Assembly: GCA_965223335.1 (NCBI GenBank)
Contig: OZ244991.1
Coordinates: 864,001 to 928,000, forward strand
Length of the DNA stretch: 64,000 bases
Direction: 5' to 3'
DNA from: Thermodesulfobacteriota bacterium
GTDB lineage: Bacteria; Desulfobacterota_D; UBA1144; Nemesobacterales; UBA2774
The translations under genes were made by a program, and so were the position numbers. The notes under the pieces are model-generated. The model searched no databases and had not been told where the DNA came from. It saw nothing but the letters and a program-made list of their open reading frames with translations. Position 1 is the first letter of the stretch. Every line of letters begins with the position of its first letter. Positions 48,449 to 58,563 of the stretch are shown piece after piece.

Positions 48449-48985
48449 CTAAAACTTGGTTTTAAAATAAAGGAAAAATGAGATACTCTCTTTATTTAGA
48501 ACTTTATCGTTGCTTTCCAGATTGCTGTCGGGCAGGGCAAAAAACGGGAGCATGCCCCCGTAAAACATCGTATCCCTCTCTTTGAATTTAATCCCCTGTT
48601 CCTCTGTATAAAATACCAAATCCCCCGAGGGTACCAGTTCTTGTTGATACGCGCTCGTAGCATTCACATCCTTGGTATCATCTATGTACTCTACCATCAG
48701 GTCTATGAGCTCAGAACTAAAATAGAGCTCAAACGGATCCATAACCCTCTCGACAGGGTTGTAAAAAAAGCCCGAACCCCTGGGCACAGTGGCATTCAAT
48801 GCACTCGTGTTAGTAAACGAATTGTCCGTGTACGTGTCCTGAAAGCTAAAATCATACTGACTAATTTTGACTTCCTGGCTATAAGAATCTTTAGAGCTGT
48901 TTAGAGCCTTAGCTTCCAGACCGTACGATGTCAGCGTCCACCCATCAAGCGACACCAACACCAGCGCCAAAATGATAAATCTCAT
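48449..48985 (-). CDS. Hypothetical exported protein ending in Phe
   Basis: Start reset to ATG 48985 (SD ggagg); signal-like N terminus; C-terminal FLYFKTKF. Confidence 0.5.
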   Translation of the reverse strand: MRFIILALVLVSLDGWTLTSYGLEAKALNSSKDSYSQEVKISQYDFSFQDTYTDNSFTNTSALNATVPRGSGFFYNPVERVMDPFELYFSSELIDLMVEYIDDTKDVNATSAYQQELVPSGDLVFYTEEQGIKFKERDTMFYGGMLPFFALPDSNLESNDKVLNKESISFFLYFKTKF

Positions 48986-49101
48986 CAAGACGCCCCTCCA
49001 GTCACATTTTTCTATCATCTCCCCACATAATAATATAATAAAACTATCACTGTATATCAATAGTGATAGCAATAAATTGTTAATGATGACAGCCAGATTG
49101 A

Positions 49102-49881
49102 TTAATCCGCGAGCAGTTGCTCAATAAATTCATCGAGCAAACCATTGAACTCCTCAGGCATCTCCTGCATCATAAAATGCCCCGCACCCCTCATAACATG
49201 AAGATGCGACCCCTTGATCTCGTCATGTAGAAATTCCCCGTATTTCAGAGGAGTTAGTTGATCCCTCGTGGCCGAGATGATCATTGTTGGGCTGGTTACC
49301 TCCCCCACTCTGTCCCTCAAATCAAAGTCGTTACATGCCAACAGGTCATTGTAAGTAACTGCGGGTGGGATACTCCGTAAACCGTCCCGAAACCAGTTGC
49401 GCAATGTGCGATAGGACGTGCTTCCAAACATCCTCTCGGCTGAGGCTTCGGTAAATGTATAGTAATCCTCTTTGATCGCAGATAGAGTTTCACGGGCTAC
49501 TGCAAGCTTAGCCCCTGTGCCCACCAACACTAAAGCCATTACTCTATCGGCGGATTGCAGGCCGTAAGTAATAGCTACTGCACCACCCATCGAGTGGCCG
49601 ACTAAGATAAGTTTTTCAAGATTTAGTGCATGGATAAAATCAGTCAGGAACTCGGTATACTGCTCTACAGTCCTCTTCCCCGTGCCTTCGGACTGCCCAT
49701 GGCCGGGTAGATCTAATGCGATAATATTGATTCGAGTACTCTTGAGATGCCCAAGCTGTTTCGACCACGTGGATATATTCTGACCAGCTCCGTGAATAAA
49801 CAGTAATGTTGGTAAGGTTGGATCGAAATCGGCTACAAGGTGATAGTGAATATTTAGGCCATCAACTAAGACTGTGGGCAA
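49102..49881 (-). CDS. Alpha/beta hydrolase
   Basis: FIHG, DLPGHG, GHSMGG, RD, AGH. Confidence 0.9.
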   Translation of the reverse strand: MPTVLVDGLNIHYHLVADFDPTLPTLLFIHGAGQNISTWSKQLGHLKSTRINIIALDLPGHGQSEGTGKRTVEQYTEFLTDFIHALNLEKLILVGHSMGGAVAITYGLQSADRVMALVLVGTGAKLAVARETLSAIKEDYYTFTEASAERMFGSTSYRTLRNWFRDGLRSIPPAVTYNDLLACNDFDLRDRVGEVTSPTMIISATRDQLTPLKYGEFLHDEIKGSHLHVMRGAGHFMMQEMPEEFNGLLDEFIEQLLAD

Positions 49882-49956
49882 CTATTTTAAACTCCTGATT
49901 CAGAGGGATAATTTCTAAAGATGTTTGAGTTAGAACAGTATCAATAATCTAAGAAT

Positions 49957-50256
49957 CTATAACTTCATTCTCTGTCCTATATCAATTAATGTCTGCACCA
50001 ACATCTGATCGAGAAAAACAAGAGCAATCATCAACAGTATAGGTGAGAAATCTATGCCGTTGTAGATCGGGAGCACCCTTCTAATAGGTCTAAGCGAGGG
50101 TTCTGTTGCCGAATACAAGAATTGAACGATTGGGTTGTAGGGGTCTGGGTTGACCCAGGATATTATAGCTCTGCCTACAATGATGAATAAATATACATAG
50201 ATAATCATATGGAGAACTTGTCCGATACCTATGAGTAGATTACCAACTAACAACAT
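49957..50256 (-). CDS. yggT: YggT family membrane protein
   Basis: SWVNPDPYNP, TEP, IDFSP; yggS-proC synteny. Confidence 0.92.
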   Translation of the reverse strand: MLLVGNLLIGIGQVLHMIIYVYLFIIVGRAIISWVNPDPYNPIVQFLYSATEPSLRPIRRVLPIYNGIDFSPILLMIALVFLDQMLVQTLIDIGQRMKL

Positions 50257-50258
50257 AA

Positions 50259-51074
50259 CTAGTCCTCCTCCGAGAGCTCTTTAGATCGATTTGTGGCGGC
50301 CTCTACAGCCGATATTGCTACTGCCCTGAATCCACCGCCCTCCAAGCTGTGCAGGCCCTCAATGGTAGTCCCGCCCGGGGAAGATACCTTGTCTTTAAAC
50401 TCAGCAGGGTGAATATCATGCTCGAGTATCATCTTCGCCGTGCCATACACCGTGTGGGCAGCCAGTTTGAGAGCTACATCCCTCGGCAATCCCATCTTAA
50501 CACCACCGTCCGAAAGAGCCTCTATAAAAACCGATACAAATGCAGGCCCGCTACCGCTTAGGCCCGTCACCGCATCCATTAGATTCTCATCGGCAACGTG
50601 AACAAAACCAACTGATTCGAAAAGGCCCTCTACTTTTTTAAGCTCTTTAGCCGTTACATTTTTGTTCGGCGACAGCACCGACACGCCTGCTTTCGCACTT
50701 GCCGGAGTGTTGGGCATCACACGTACAATTTTGGTTTTTTTCTTAAGTACCTTCTCAAGCTCGCTAAGCGGTATACCGGCCGCGATCGATACAATCATTT
50801 TATTTGGGGTCATATAGTCACGTATCTCACTTGCAACCTGACGGACCTTGTTGGGTTTCACAGCTAGCACAATAATATCCGACTTCATTGCAACTTCTTT
50901 GTTGGACTTTGATAAGTCCACACCAAATTCATTCTTCATATGCTTTGATCGATCACTTGAAACATCACTCACAGTGATGTCATCACTCGATGCCGTACCC
51001 GAGCCAATGAGCCCTCGCAAAAGGGCCTCGGTCATGTTCCCTGCACCTATAAATCCTATTCGTCTCATACTCAT
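50259..51074 (-). CDS. proC: Pyrroline-5-carboxylate reductase
   Basis: GAGNM, LAVKP, RVMPNTP, SGSGPA, SSPGGTT. Confidence 0.96.
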   Translation of the reverse strand: MSMRRIGFIGAGNMTEALLRGLIGSGTASSDDITVSDVSSDRSKHMKNEFGVDLSKSNKEVAMKSDIIVLAVKPNKVRQVASEIRDYMTPNKMIVSIAAGIPLSELEKVLKKKTKIVRVMPNTPASAKAGVSVLSPNKNVTAKELKKVEGLFESVGFVHVADENLMDAVTGLSGSGPAFVSVFIEALSDGGVKMGLPRDVALKLAAHTVYGTAKMILEHDIHPAEFKDKVSSPGGTTIEGLHSLEGGGFRAVAISAVEAATNRSKELSEED

Positions 51075-51107
51075 TATTTATCCGCTTTTGATAATACTAT
51101 TAATATA

Positions 51108-51797
51108 CTACCCCCTGGGACCGAATATTGCCGACCCCACTCTAATCATTGTGGCCCCTTCCTCTATTGCAACCTCAAAATCCCCGCTCATCCCCATAGA
51201 TAATTCTTCTATACCCGTAAAACTTGTTTTGAGCTCGTCTCTAAGAGATCTCAGCTCCGCAAAATGCGGGCGTGCCTTCTCCGGTTCATCAAAATAAGGC
51301 GGCATCGTCATTAAGCCCTCTACACTTAGACCCGGCCACTCATTCAAATCCTTTAGAAATGACTCCACGTTAGATTTAACAACCCCGCCTTTTTCACTCT
51401 CCCCCGCATTTACTTCCACAAGAATCTTGGTGATCAACCCCAGAGCTTCAGACCTCTTGCTAATCTCCTTCGCAACCGAGAGTGAGTCCACCGAATGTAT
51501 GCAATCGACACTACCCACTATGTATTTAACCTTGTTACGCTGCAGGCGTCCTATAAAATGCCATTTTACATTCTTTGCCGTACCCTTTTCAACCACTTTA
51601 TGTTTATCCCGAAATTCCTGTGCGTAGTTCTCCCCAAATGTATCGATACCGGCCTCTATTGCCTCTAGAATCCTAGGTGCCTCTACCTGCTTGGAAACTG
51701 CAATTAGTGTGACCTGTTCCCCCTCCCTCCCACACCTCGCCTTTGCATCCTCGATTCTTTTTCTAACTTCTTTAATATTTCTAGCTATATCAATCAT
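51108..51797 (-). CDS. yggS: PLP homeostasis protein YggS
   Basis: AVSK, FGENYAQE, WHFIG, LSMGMSGD, RVGSAIFG. Confidence 0.96.
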   Translation of the reverse strand: MIDIARNIKEVRKRIEDAKARCGREGEQVTLIAVSKQVEAPRILEAIEAGIDTFGENYAQEFRDKHKVVEKGTAKNVKWHFIGRLQRNKVKYIVGSVDCIHSVDSLSVAKEISKRSEALGLITKILVEVNAGESEKGGVVKSNVESFLKDLNEWPGLSVEGLMTMPPYFDEPEKARPHFAELRSLRDELKTSFTGIEELSMGMSGDFEVAIEEGATMIRVGSAIFGPRG

Positions 51798-52383
51798 TTG
51801 TGAAACGTTGTTCTATTCCAAACCCTGCGAGAGCACGCATCACCTCAACGAGCGGAAGCCCCACAACATTGGTGTAAGAACCTTTAATGCTCCTAACCAT
51901 TGTAGCACCTAACCCCTGTATGCTATAGGCCCCGGCCTTATCCATCGGCTCGCCGGTCTTAATGTAACCTTCTACATCCTGGGGTGCAAGCTCCCTCATA
52001 GTAACCCGGGTCGAAACATACTCCGAGTGCACAATCCCCTCAAGCAGCTTAACAAATGCAAAAGCTGTGTACACATTGTGCTCGGTTCCCGAGAGTTTTT
52101 TAAGCATACGCTCGGCATCATTGTAATCTTTCGGCTTGAGCAATATGTGGTCGTCTAGAGACACAACCGTGTCTGCACCTATGATTAAGGCATCTGGATC
52201 AACTCCATCAACTACTGAAAGAGCTTTCTCCCCAGCTACTCGCAAAGCAAATTCCCATGCTGACTCACCTGGTTCAACGATCTCACTTATTGTAGGCTCA
52301 ATGATTTCAAACTCTATACCAAGCTTTGCAAGCAGTTCGTGTCTTCTCGGAGAAGAGGATGCCAATATGATGCTCTTTCCCAT
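51790..52383 (-). CDS. maf: Maf nucleoside triphosphate pyrophosphatase (YhdE-type)
   Basis: LASSSPRR, ADT, KAGAYSIQG, NVVGLP. Confidence 0.94.
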   Translation of the reverse strand: MGKSIILASSSPRRHELLAKLGIEFEIIEPTISEIVEPGESAWEFALRVAGEKALSVVDGVDPDALIIGADTVVSLDDHILLKPKDYNDAERMLKKLSGTEHNVYTAFAFVKLLEGIVHSEYVSTRVTMRELAPQDVEGYIKTGEPMDKAGAYSIQGLGATMVRSIKGSYTNVVGLPLVEVMRALAGFGIEQRFTND

Positions 52384-52460
52384 TTTGAGCTCGATTAATG
52401 ATCCAATAAATTACAAAATGATCTATAATTGTTCAGAGTTTCAGTAAAGAATCCATTAAA

Positions 52461-53897
52461 ATGAATTTATATTCTAGCACGATTACAGGTAGTTCTTTGA
52501 ACAAGAGCGTAAAAGCACCAATAAGATTTATATCCCCTTTCTTGCATCTCATATGCATAGCAATTTCATTGATACTTTGCATATATGACTCAGGGTTTGC
52601 ACAAGATACCGACAACAACATCGATAGAGGTCTGTCCCTCACTGACCAGTTTGAAATTCATCCCACTCACAGACAGTTCCACAACCAAAAAATAAGTACT
52701 GATTTTGAAGATTTATTCCAGAGAAAATACATGACCGGCAACTGGAACGGGCTACGTACAAAACTCTTGGATGCCGGGGTTAAGGCTACACTCACCTATG
52801 TCGCAAATATACAGGCCAACATATATGGCGGTAAGAAAAAGGGATTTGGGTACTTTCATGAAATCGGGTTCTATCTAAGCTTCGATCTGGAAAAGTTGCT
52901 GGGTTGGAAGGGTTCGGAGTTCAATATATCCGGCTCACAGAAAAGCGGTAATAATCTAAGCACCAACGATATAGGTAACCTATTCAACGTAGCCCAGCTC
53001 TGTTGTGGTGCTACATATAAAATCGTAGACATATTTTACCAGCAACGTTTAATGCAGGATAAATTGAACATCCGCCTGGGTAGGATCTCGGCCGGCGACG
53101 AGTTTATGACGTCGCCGATCTATTGGCATTTTGTACAAAGTGCAATAAACGACAACCCGGGTGCCATCTTTTTTAACGTCGATTTCTCTACATTTTCAGA
53201 TGCCACATGGGGAGCCAGGATCAGGTTTAAACCAAACGAAGAGTGCTATATAATGGCGGGTGTATACAATGCCAATCCCAATTTCTTCCGCACTAAGTTC
53301 CATGGGGCATATTTTAGTTTTAAAGGTCCGTACATGTGGCTTGCTGAGGCCGGGTACAGGCATTACCTGAACTATACTATGCCCGGGAACTACAAACTCG
53401 GTGTTTACTATCAATCAGGACAATTCCAGTATCTAAACCCTGAAAACGGTTCTAAAACAGGTAACTACGGTTTCTACATCCTAGTCGATCAGATGATATA
53501 CAGGGAACCCAATTACTCAACTAAACAGGGCCTAACCCCGTTTCTAGCCCTTCTGATCGCACCCGACAACGATATAAACCTAATACCGTTTTTCATGTGC
53601 GGCGGGTTTGTATACGAGGGACTTATTCCCGGGCGGGATAAAGACATCGCGGGGTTTGCATTCGCATACGGAAACATAAGCAGTGAAAATAAACCGCAGC
53701 CGCAATCTGGTAGCCCAGTAGGTGTAAACGCGATGACCCCCCAAGAATTTGAAGCAGTCGTAGAGTGGACCTATATTATCGAGCTTGCTCCCTGGCTAAA
53801 CATCCAGCCCGATATTCAATATGTCATTAACCCCGGTGCAACAGGAGAGCTTCCCGACGCCCTGGTCATTGGATTTCAGCTGGCTGTATCCCTTTAG
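52461..53897 (+). CDS. OprB-family carbohydrate porin (start uncertain)
   Basis: MTGNWNGLR, DLEKLLGW, GRDKDIAG, QPDIQYVINPG. Confidence 0.85.
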   Translation: MNLYSSTITGSSLNKSVKAPIRFISPFLHLICIAISLILCIYDSGFAQDTDNNIDRGLSLTDQFEIHPTHRQFHNQKISTDFEDLFQRKYMTGNWNGLRTKLLDAGVKATLTYVANIQANIYGGKKKGFGYFHEIGFYLSFDLEKLLGWKGSEFNISGSQKSGNNLSTNDIGNLFNVAQLCCGATYKIVDIFYQQRLMQDKLNIRLGRISAGDEFMTSPIYWHFVQSAINDNPGAIFFNVDFSTFSDATWGARIRFKPNEECYIMAGVYNANPNFFRTKFHGAYFSFKGPYMWLAEAGYRHYLNYTMPGNYKLGVYYQSGQFQYLNPENGSKTGNYGFYILVDQMIYREPNYSTKQGLTPFLALLIAPDNDINLIPFFMCGGFVYEGLIPGRDKDIAGFAFAYGNISSENKPQPQSGSPVGVNAMTPQEFEAVVEWTYIIELAPWLNIQPDIQYVINPGATGELPDALVIGFQLAVSL

Positions 53898-53905
53898 GCC
53901 CACGA

Positions 53906-54289
53906 TCAACCACTTTGATCTATCTCTGCAAACACCTCTTTTGCAAGCCTAAGCCCTGTAAGCGCAGCAGGGAACCCAGCATACACTAATGTCTGCATCA
54001 ATACCTCCACAACCTCCTCACGGCTGCACCCGCAGTTAAGCGCTCCCTTTATATGTACTTTTAACTGGTTAGGTGCAGTACCCAGCGCAGTAAGCGCTGC
54101 CACGGCAGTAATCTCGCGCGATTTCATATCGAGCCCGGGACGCGAAGAAATCTCACCAAACACAAACTCCATCAAATAACGCACCATATCGGGAGCTATG
54201 TCGTCAAGGCTTTTCTTTGTCCTCTCAGACGCTCCCGGTGCAATCTCCTCAAGCTTCTCTAAACCCTTTTGATATTTATCTTCCGACAC
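53906..54289 (-). CDS. Carboxymuconolactone decarboxylase family protein
   Basis: RPGLDMKSRE, QLKVHIKGALNCG, YAGFPAA. Confidence 0.88.
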   Translation of the reverse strand: MSEDKYQKGLEKLEEIAPGASERTKKSLDDIAPDMVRYLMEFVFGEISSRPGLDMKSREITAVAALTALGTAPNQLKVHIKGALNCGCSREEVVEVLMQTLVYAGFPAALTGLRLAKEVFAEIDQSG

Positions 54290-54372
54290 TGCAGTCCTCC
54301 TTTAATTGGCTTGAATTTATCATGAGTAAAGCCTATACTACGGCTTTTAATTTATGATGTAAAGGAGAAGCA

Positions 54373-54660
54373 ATGTTAATCCTAATTGCCAAATTCAACA
54401 CCAAACCCGAGCACCGCAGCACCATGATGGAACTTGCAAAAGGGCTCTTGGAGCCATCTAGGAGTGAAGCAGGGTGTATCCACTACGAGTTTCTACAAGA
54501 CCCTTTTGAGCCCGACTCTTTCACCTTCTACGAAAAATGGGACTCACAGGACGCCCTTGATCTCCATTTTCAAAAGCCGTATTTTATTGATTTTAGCAAT
54601 AAGTTCCCACAATTGATCAAAGGAGAACACAGCCTCGAAACTTACGAGGTCGCACAATAA
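54373..54660 (+). CDS. Putative quinol monooxygenase (ABM domain)
   Basis: SRSEAGCIHY, FYEKW, ALDLHFQKPY. Confidence 0.88.
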   Translation: MLILIAKFNTKPEHRSTMMELAKGLLEPSRSEAGCIHYEFLQDPFEPDSFTFYEKWDSQDALDLHFQKPYFIDFSNKFPQLIKGEHSLETYEVAQ

Positions 54661-54665
54661 GCAAT

Positions 54666-56252
54666 ATGAAAAAACTCACTTTGCTTCTTATAGTTCCATT
54701 TGTGCTGGCCATTAGTTGCAGCAGGGGTAACGATGATAGCACGGCCGATATTACAAATAAAAATACTATAAATGTAAATATAGGAAACGAGCCACCCTCG
54801 CTCGACTGGTCCTTAGCAACCGATAGCACCTCTTTTACTATCTTAAACAACATCATGGAGGGCCTCACCACATTCGGCGACACATTTCTGCCCGAACCCT
54901 CCCTCGCCGAGAGCTGGGAGATAAGTGAAGACGGCAGGACCTACACGTTTAAAATTAGGGACAACATATACTGGACCGACGGTGTACCTCTTAAAGCAGG
55001 TGATTTCGAGTACTCCTGGAAGCGTATACTAAACCCTGCCACCGGCGGGCACTACGCATACTTCCTGTTTGATATACAAAATGCTGAAGAGTACAACACC
55101 GGCGATTTAAAGGACCCCGATAAAGTAGGCGTAAAAGCCCTAGACGACAAAACCTTAGAGGTAACACTAAAGAGAAGAGCATCCTATTTCCCAAGCCTGC
55201 TTACGTTCATGTCCACTTTTCCCATGAGGAAAGACGTTGTCGAAACCCATGGCCTAAAATGGACAGAGCCCCAAAACATTGTCACCCTAGGCCCCTACAA
55301 ACTAAGCAGTTGGAAACACCACGATAGGTTGGCACTCACTAAAAACCCCGGGTACTGGGGAGAGAAACCCAAGATTGAGAATGTAAATATGATAATGAAC
55401 GAGAACCCCTCCTCTGCGCTCGCACTATACGAGAGCGGTGAGCTCGACTATGCCGACTCCAAGAGTATACCCCCTCTGGAGGTACCCAGGCTAAGAGACC
55501 TTGCCGATTTTAAGAGCACTCAACAGTTCAGGGGCAACTACATTGCGTTTAATGTTAAGAAAACCCCGTTCGACAACCCGCTGGTCAGAAAAGCCTTTGC
55601 CGCAGCTATCGACAAAAAGAGCATCATCAACATTATCCAAGGCGCTGGTATCACCACTAGCTCGTGGATACCCAAGAACATGCTAGGGTACAACCAGGAC
55701 ATAGGCATTTCGTTTGACCCCGTGCAGGCCAAAAAATGGCTTGCCGAGGCAGGGTATCCCGGGGGAAAAGGATTCCCCGAGGTGACATTTCTGTGGCCCG
55801 ATGTTAGTTATAACAGAGTAATCGCAGAGGCCCTCCAGAGTATGTGGAAGGAGTACTTGGGTGTCGAGGTTAACCTCATTAACGAAGAGTGGAAGGTGTA
55901 CCTAAGCACTATTAATACGAATCCTCCCGAGATACACCGCGCAGGTTGGGGTGCCGACTTCCCTGACCCCCATAACTTTATGAACCTGTTCGAGTGCAAA
56001 TCGGGCAACAACCGAACCGGGTGGTGCAACCCGAAATACGATGAACTGATAGATAAGGCTGCCGAGGAGATCGACGCCGATAAGAGAAAAGAGCTATATG
56101 ACCAGGCTCAAAAAATACTGACTGAAACCGATGCACCCATCGCACCGTTTTATATTACGAACCAACAGAACTTAATAAAACCATATGTGAAAGGGCTTGT
56201 CCCAAACCCCCTGGACATAGTGCTTTTTAAGGACGCCTATTTCCAGGATTAG
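54666..56252 (+). CDS. oppA: Oligopeptide ABC substrate-binding lipoprotein (OppA-like)
   Basis: Lipobox AISC, EPPSLD, WTDG, LGPY, GWGADFPDP. Confidence 0.88.
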   Translation: MKKLTLLLIVPFVLAISCSRGNDDSTADITNKNTINVNIGNEPPSLDWSLATDSTSFTILNNIMEGLTTFGDTFLPEPSLAESWEISEDGRTYTFKIRDNIYWTDGVPLKAGDFEYSWKRILNPATGGHYAYFLFDIQNAEEYNTGDLKDPDKVGVKALDDKTLEVTLKRRASYFPSLLTFMSTFPMRKDVVETHGLKWTEPQNIVTLGPYKLSSWKHHDRLALTKNPGYWGEKPKIENVNMIMNENPSSALALYESGELDYADSKSIPPLEVPRLRDLADFKSTQQFRGNYIAFNVKKTPFDNPLVRKAFAAAIDKKSIINIIQGAGITTSSWIPKNMLGYNQDIGISFDPVQAKKWLAEAGYPGGKGFPEVTFLWPDVSYNRVIAEALQSMWKEYLGVEVNLINEEWKVYLSTINTNPPEIHRAGWGADFPDPHNFMNLFECKSGNNRTGWCNPKYDELIDKAAEEIDADKRKELYDQAQKILTETDAPIAPFYITNQQNLIKPYVKGLVPNPLDIVLFKDAYFQD

Positions 56253-56307
56253 TATACTAAAACCCCTGTTCACAACTTACCCACACTAAACCCGCATTCC
56301 ATGCATT

Positions 56308-57360
56308 TTAGCCCTTAAAATAAGGGATAATCTCTTTGGCATAGGTCTCGAGTGCAAGATTCGGGTCGGGGCTGAATCTATAAAACAGTACAAAGTGTCT
56401 TACCCCTGCGTCCACAAACTTTTCTATCTTTTCTATACAGTCCTTTGTGGCGCCGGTGATCGTAAAGTCGAGTATGGCTTCACGGGGAAAAAACTGTCCC
56501 AGCTCCCTAAATTTCTGCCGGCCCTCCTCGTCCTGGGGAATGACGTTGAAGTAGTTAAGCCCGTGGAACTCCTCGGGTATCTCCACATCATATCCGGCCT
56601 TTTTAAGCTGATCCTGCATCACTAGGACATACTTAAAGGGCTCTAGTGTCTTGTATGCTTCGTCAACGTTTTCACCTAGGGATGTAAATACCCATAATGC
56701 CGGGTCTATATCGTCCAGAGTCCTGCCCGCACCTGTGGCCCCTTCTTCGATGGTCTTTAAGTACTCCCCGTAGAGATAAGGGTTAAGGTCTATCGGCAAC
56801 CACCCGTCCCCAAGCTCTCCTGTGAGTTTAAGCCCTTTGGGAGTATGTGTGGCAATATACATGGGAATTCGGTCTCTCTCGTAAGGCTTTACCTGTAAAA
56901 ACGCGTCTTTTAGAGTGTAGTATTCTCCATCAAAATCACACGAACCTTCCGTAGCCCATAGTTTCTGCATCACCGTCATCGCCTCGCGCAATCTGCTGAG
57001 CGGTTTGTCCCATTTTATCCCATAAGCATCCAGGTTCATGGACTCTCCCACCCCCAGCGTAAGAGTGACACGGCCCTTGGATATGTGGTCGATCGAAGCA
57101 AGCCTCTGTGCAAACACAGCGGGGTGCATCCTATGCGGGTCAGACACCGTACCCAGATTAATGTTCGTTGTCTTCATAGCCGCAGCCGTTGCAATGGTCC
57201 ATGCCTCATGCGCCTCTGTGGGTGACACAAACACCACATGATCTGGAAACCACACCGTATCGAAACCCAGTTGGTCTGCTTTAACCGAAAAGTCGAGTAG
57301 TCCGTTTAGATCAGCGCCCGGCATAGGGGCCGAGAGCCCAAATTTAATATCTTTTCCCAT
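56308..57360 (-). CDS. Luciferase-like (LLM) oxidoreductase, possibly F420-dependent
   Basis: WFPDH, SKGR, GVGE, GDGW. Confidence 0.85.
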   Translation of the reverse strand: MGKDIKFGLSAPMPGADLNGLLDFSVKADQLGFDTVWFPDHVVFVSPTEAHEAWTIATAAAMKTTNINLGTVSDPHRMHPAVFAQRLASIDHISKGRVTLTLGVGESMNLDAYGIKWDKPLSRLREAMTVMQKLWATEGSCDFDGEYYTLKDAFLQVKPYERDRIPMYIATHTPKGLKLTGELGDGWLPIDLNPYLYGEYLKTIEEGATGAGRTLDDIDPALWVFTSLGENVDEAYKTLEPFKYVLVMQDQLKKAGYDVEIPEEFHGLNYFNVIPQDEEGRQKFRELGQFFPREAILDFTITGATKDCIEKIEKFVDAGVRHFVLFYRFSPDPNLALETYAKEIIPYFKG

Positions 57361-57524
57361 ATCTGCACCTCATCACCGTAGTTTGAGTTTCATTATAAAC
57401 GCTTTTCTAGACAAAAAACAAGTGACCCAACCCCTAGTTAACCAGTTATCAGACACGTTGATTATGAGTTTAAAATCAATAGATGTTATAATAAGCGCAA
57501 GCCCAAAACCAAGGAGAACAAAGC

Positions 57525-58547
57525 ATGAAATTCGGCATAGGACTTTTCAGCCTCCAAACCCATGAACAACTACCCTACGCTCACACAGATATATACAAAA
57601 ACACCCTAGACCAGGTAAAACTGGCAGAGGACGTAAATTTCAACTCGGCATGGATCTCCGAGCACCACTTCCTGCCCGATGGCTACTGCCCGTCCCCCGC
57701 CGTGATCGCCTCGGCAATGGCAGCGGTTACAGACAGGATAGAGATTGGTTCAGGCGGAATTATTCTCCCTCTCCATAACCCCATCCGTGTGGCGGAAGAC
57801 GCAGCAATGGTCGACATCGTTTCCGAGGGGCGTTTTAACCTCGGTGTTGTGCTCGGTTATAGGAAAGAGGAGTACGAGGGCATGGGTGTGCCGATGAAGC
57901 AAAGACCCTCTAGAATGGAAGAGGGCATCCAGGTGCTCGAGAAGGCGCTAGCAGGCGAGAGCTTCTCTTTCGAGGGCAAGCGATATAACTACAATGAACT
58001 AAGCGTAACACCGAGTCCTGTCCGTAAACCCCTGCCTATATACATCGGTGCCTTTGAAGAACCGGCCATTCGCAGGGCCGGGCGCCTGGGATATCCGTTG
58101 TTGATAGGCCCGGGGCGCACAATGGATATGGTAAGGGACACGCTCGGTTACTATAACGACGAAGCCGAGAAATCGGGCAAAGACCCAAAAAGCATAGAAC
58201 ATATCCTACTAAGAGAGACTTACGTATCCCCAGAACCCAAGGACGCAAAAGCCGGGGGTGATAAATACATAATCAGCATGTACAAGTACTACTTCACGCT
58301 AGGGGTCAAAATGTTTGTCAGGGGACAGGAGATACAGGGTCTCGACGACCCGCTATTCGAACACCTTGCGGAAGAGAGGTTTGTGATAGGAACCCCTGGG
58401 GACTGTATCAAAGAAATCGAGCGTTATAGGGAAGAACTGGGCATAAACTACGTGTGCTGCAGAATGGTTTTCCCCGAGGCCAGTCACGAGTTAATTTCCG
58501 AGTGCATAGAAACGTTCGGCAACGAGGTCATCCCACACTTTAGTTGA
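57525..58547 (+). CDS. Luciferase-like (LLM) flavin-dependent oxidoreductase
   Basis: WISEHH, PLHNPIRVAED, SEGRF, EVIPHF. Confidence 0.9.
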   Translation: MKFGIGLFSLQTHEQLPYAHTDIYKNTLDQVKLAEDVNFNSAWISEHHFLPDGYCPSPAVIASAMAAVTDRIEIGSGGIILPLHNPIRVAEDAAMVDIVSEGRFNLGVVLGYRKEEYEGMGVPMKQRPSRMEEGIQVLEKALAGESFSFEGKRYNYNELSVTPSPVRKPLPIYIGAFEEPAIRRAGRLGYPLLIGPGRTMDMVRDTLGYYNDEAEKSGKDPKSIEHILLRETYVSPEPKDAKAGGDKYIISMYKYYFTLGVKMFVRGQEIQGLDDPLFEHLAEERFVIGTPGDCIKEIERYREELGINYVCCRMVFPEASHELISECIETFGNEVIPHFS

Positions 58548-58563
58548 CCGTGCTTAATTTTCG

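Noticed and set aside
57383..57565. 60-aa ORF between the divergent LLM genes
   Set aside because: TTG start, no SD, covers the probable divergent promoter region and overlaps the LLM start
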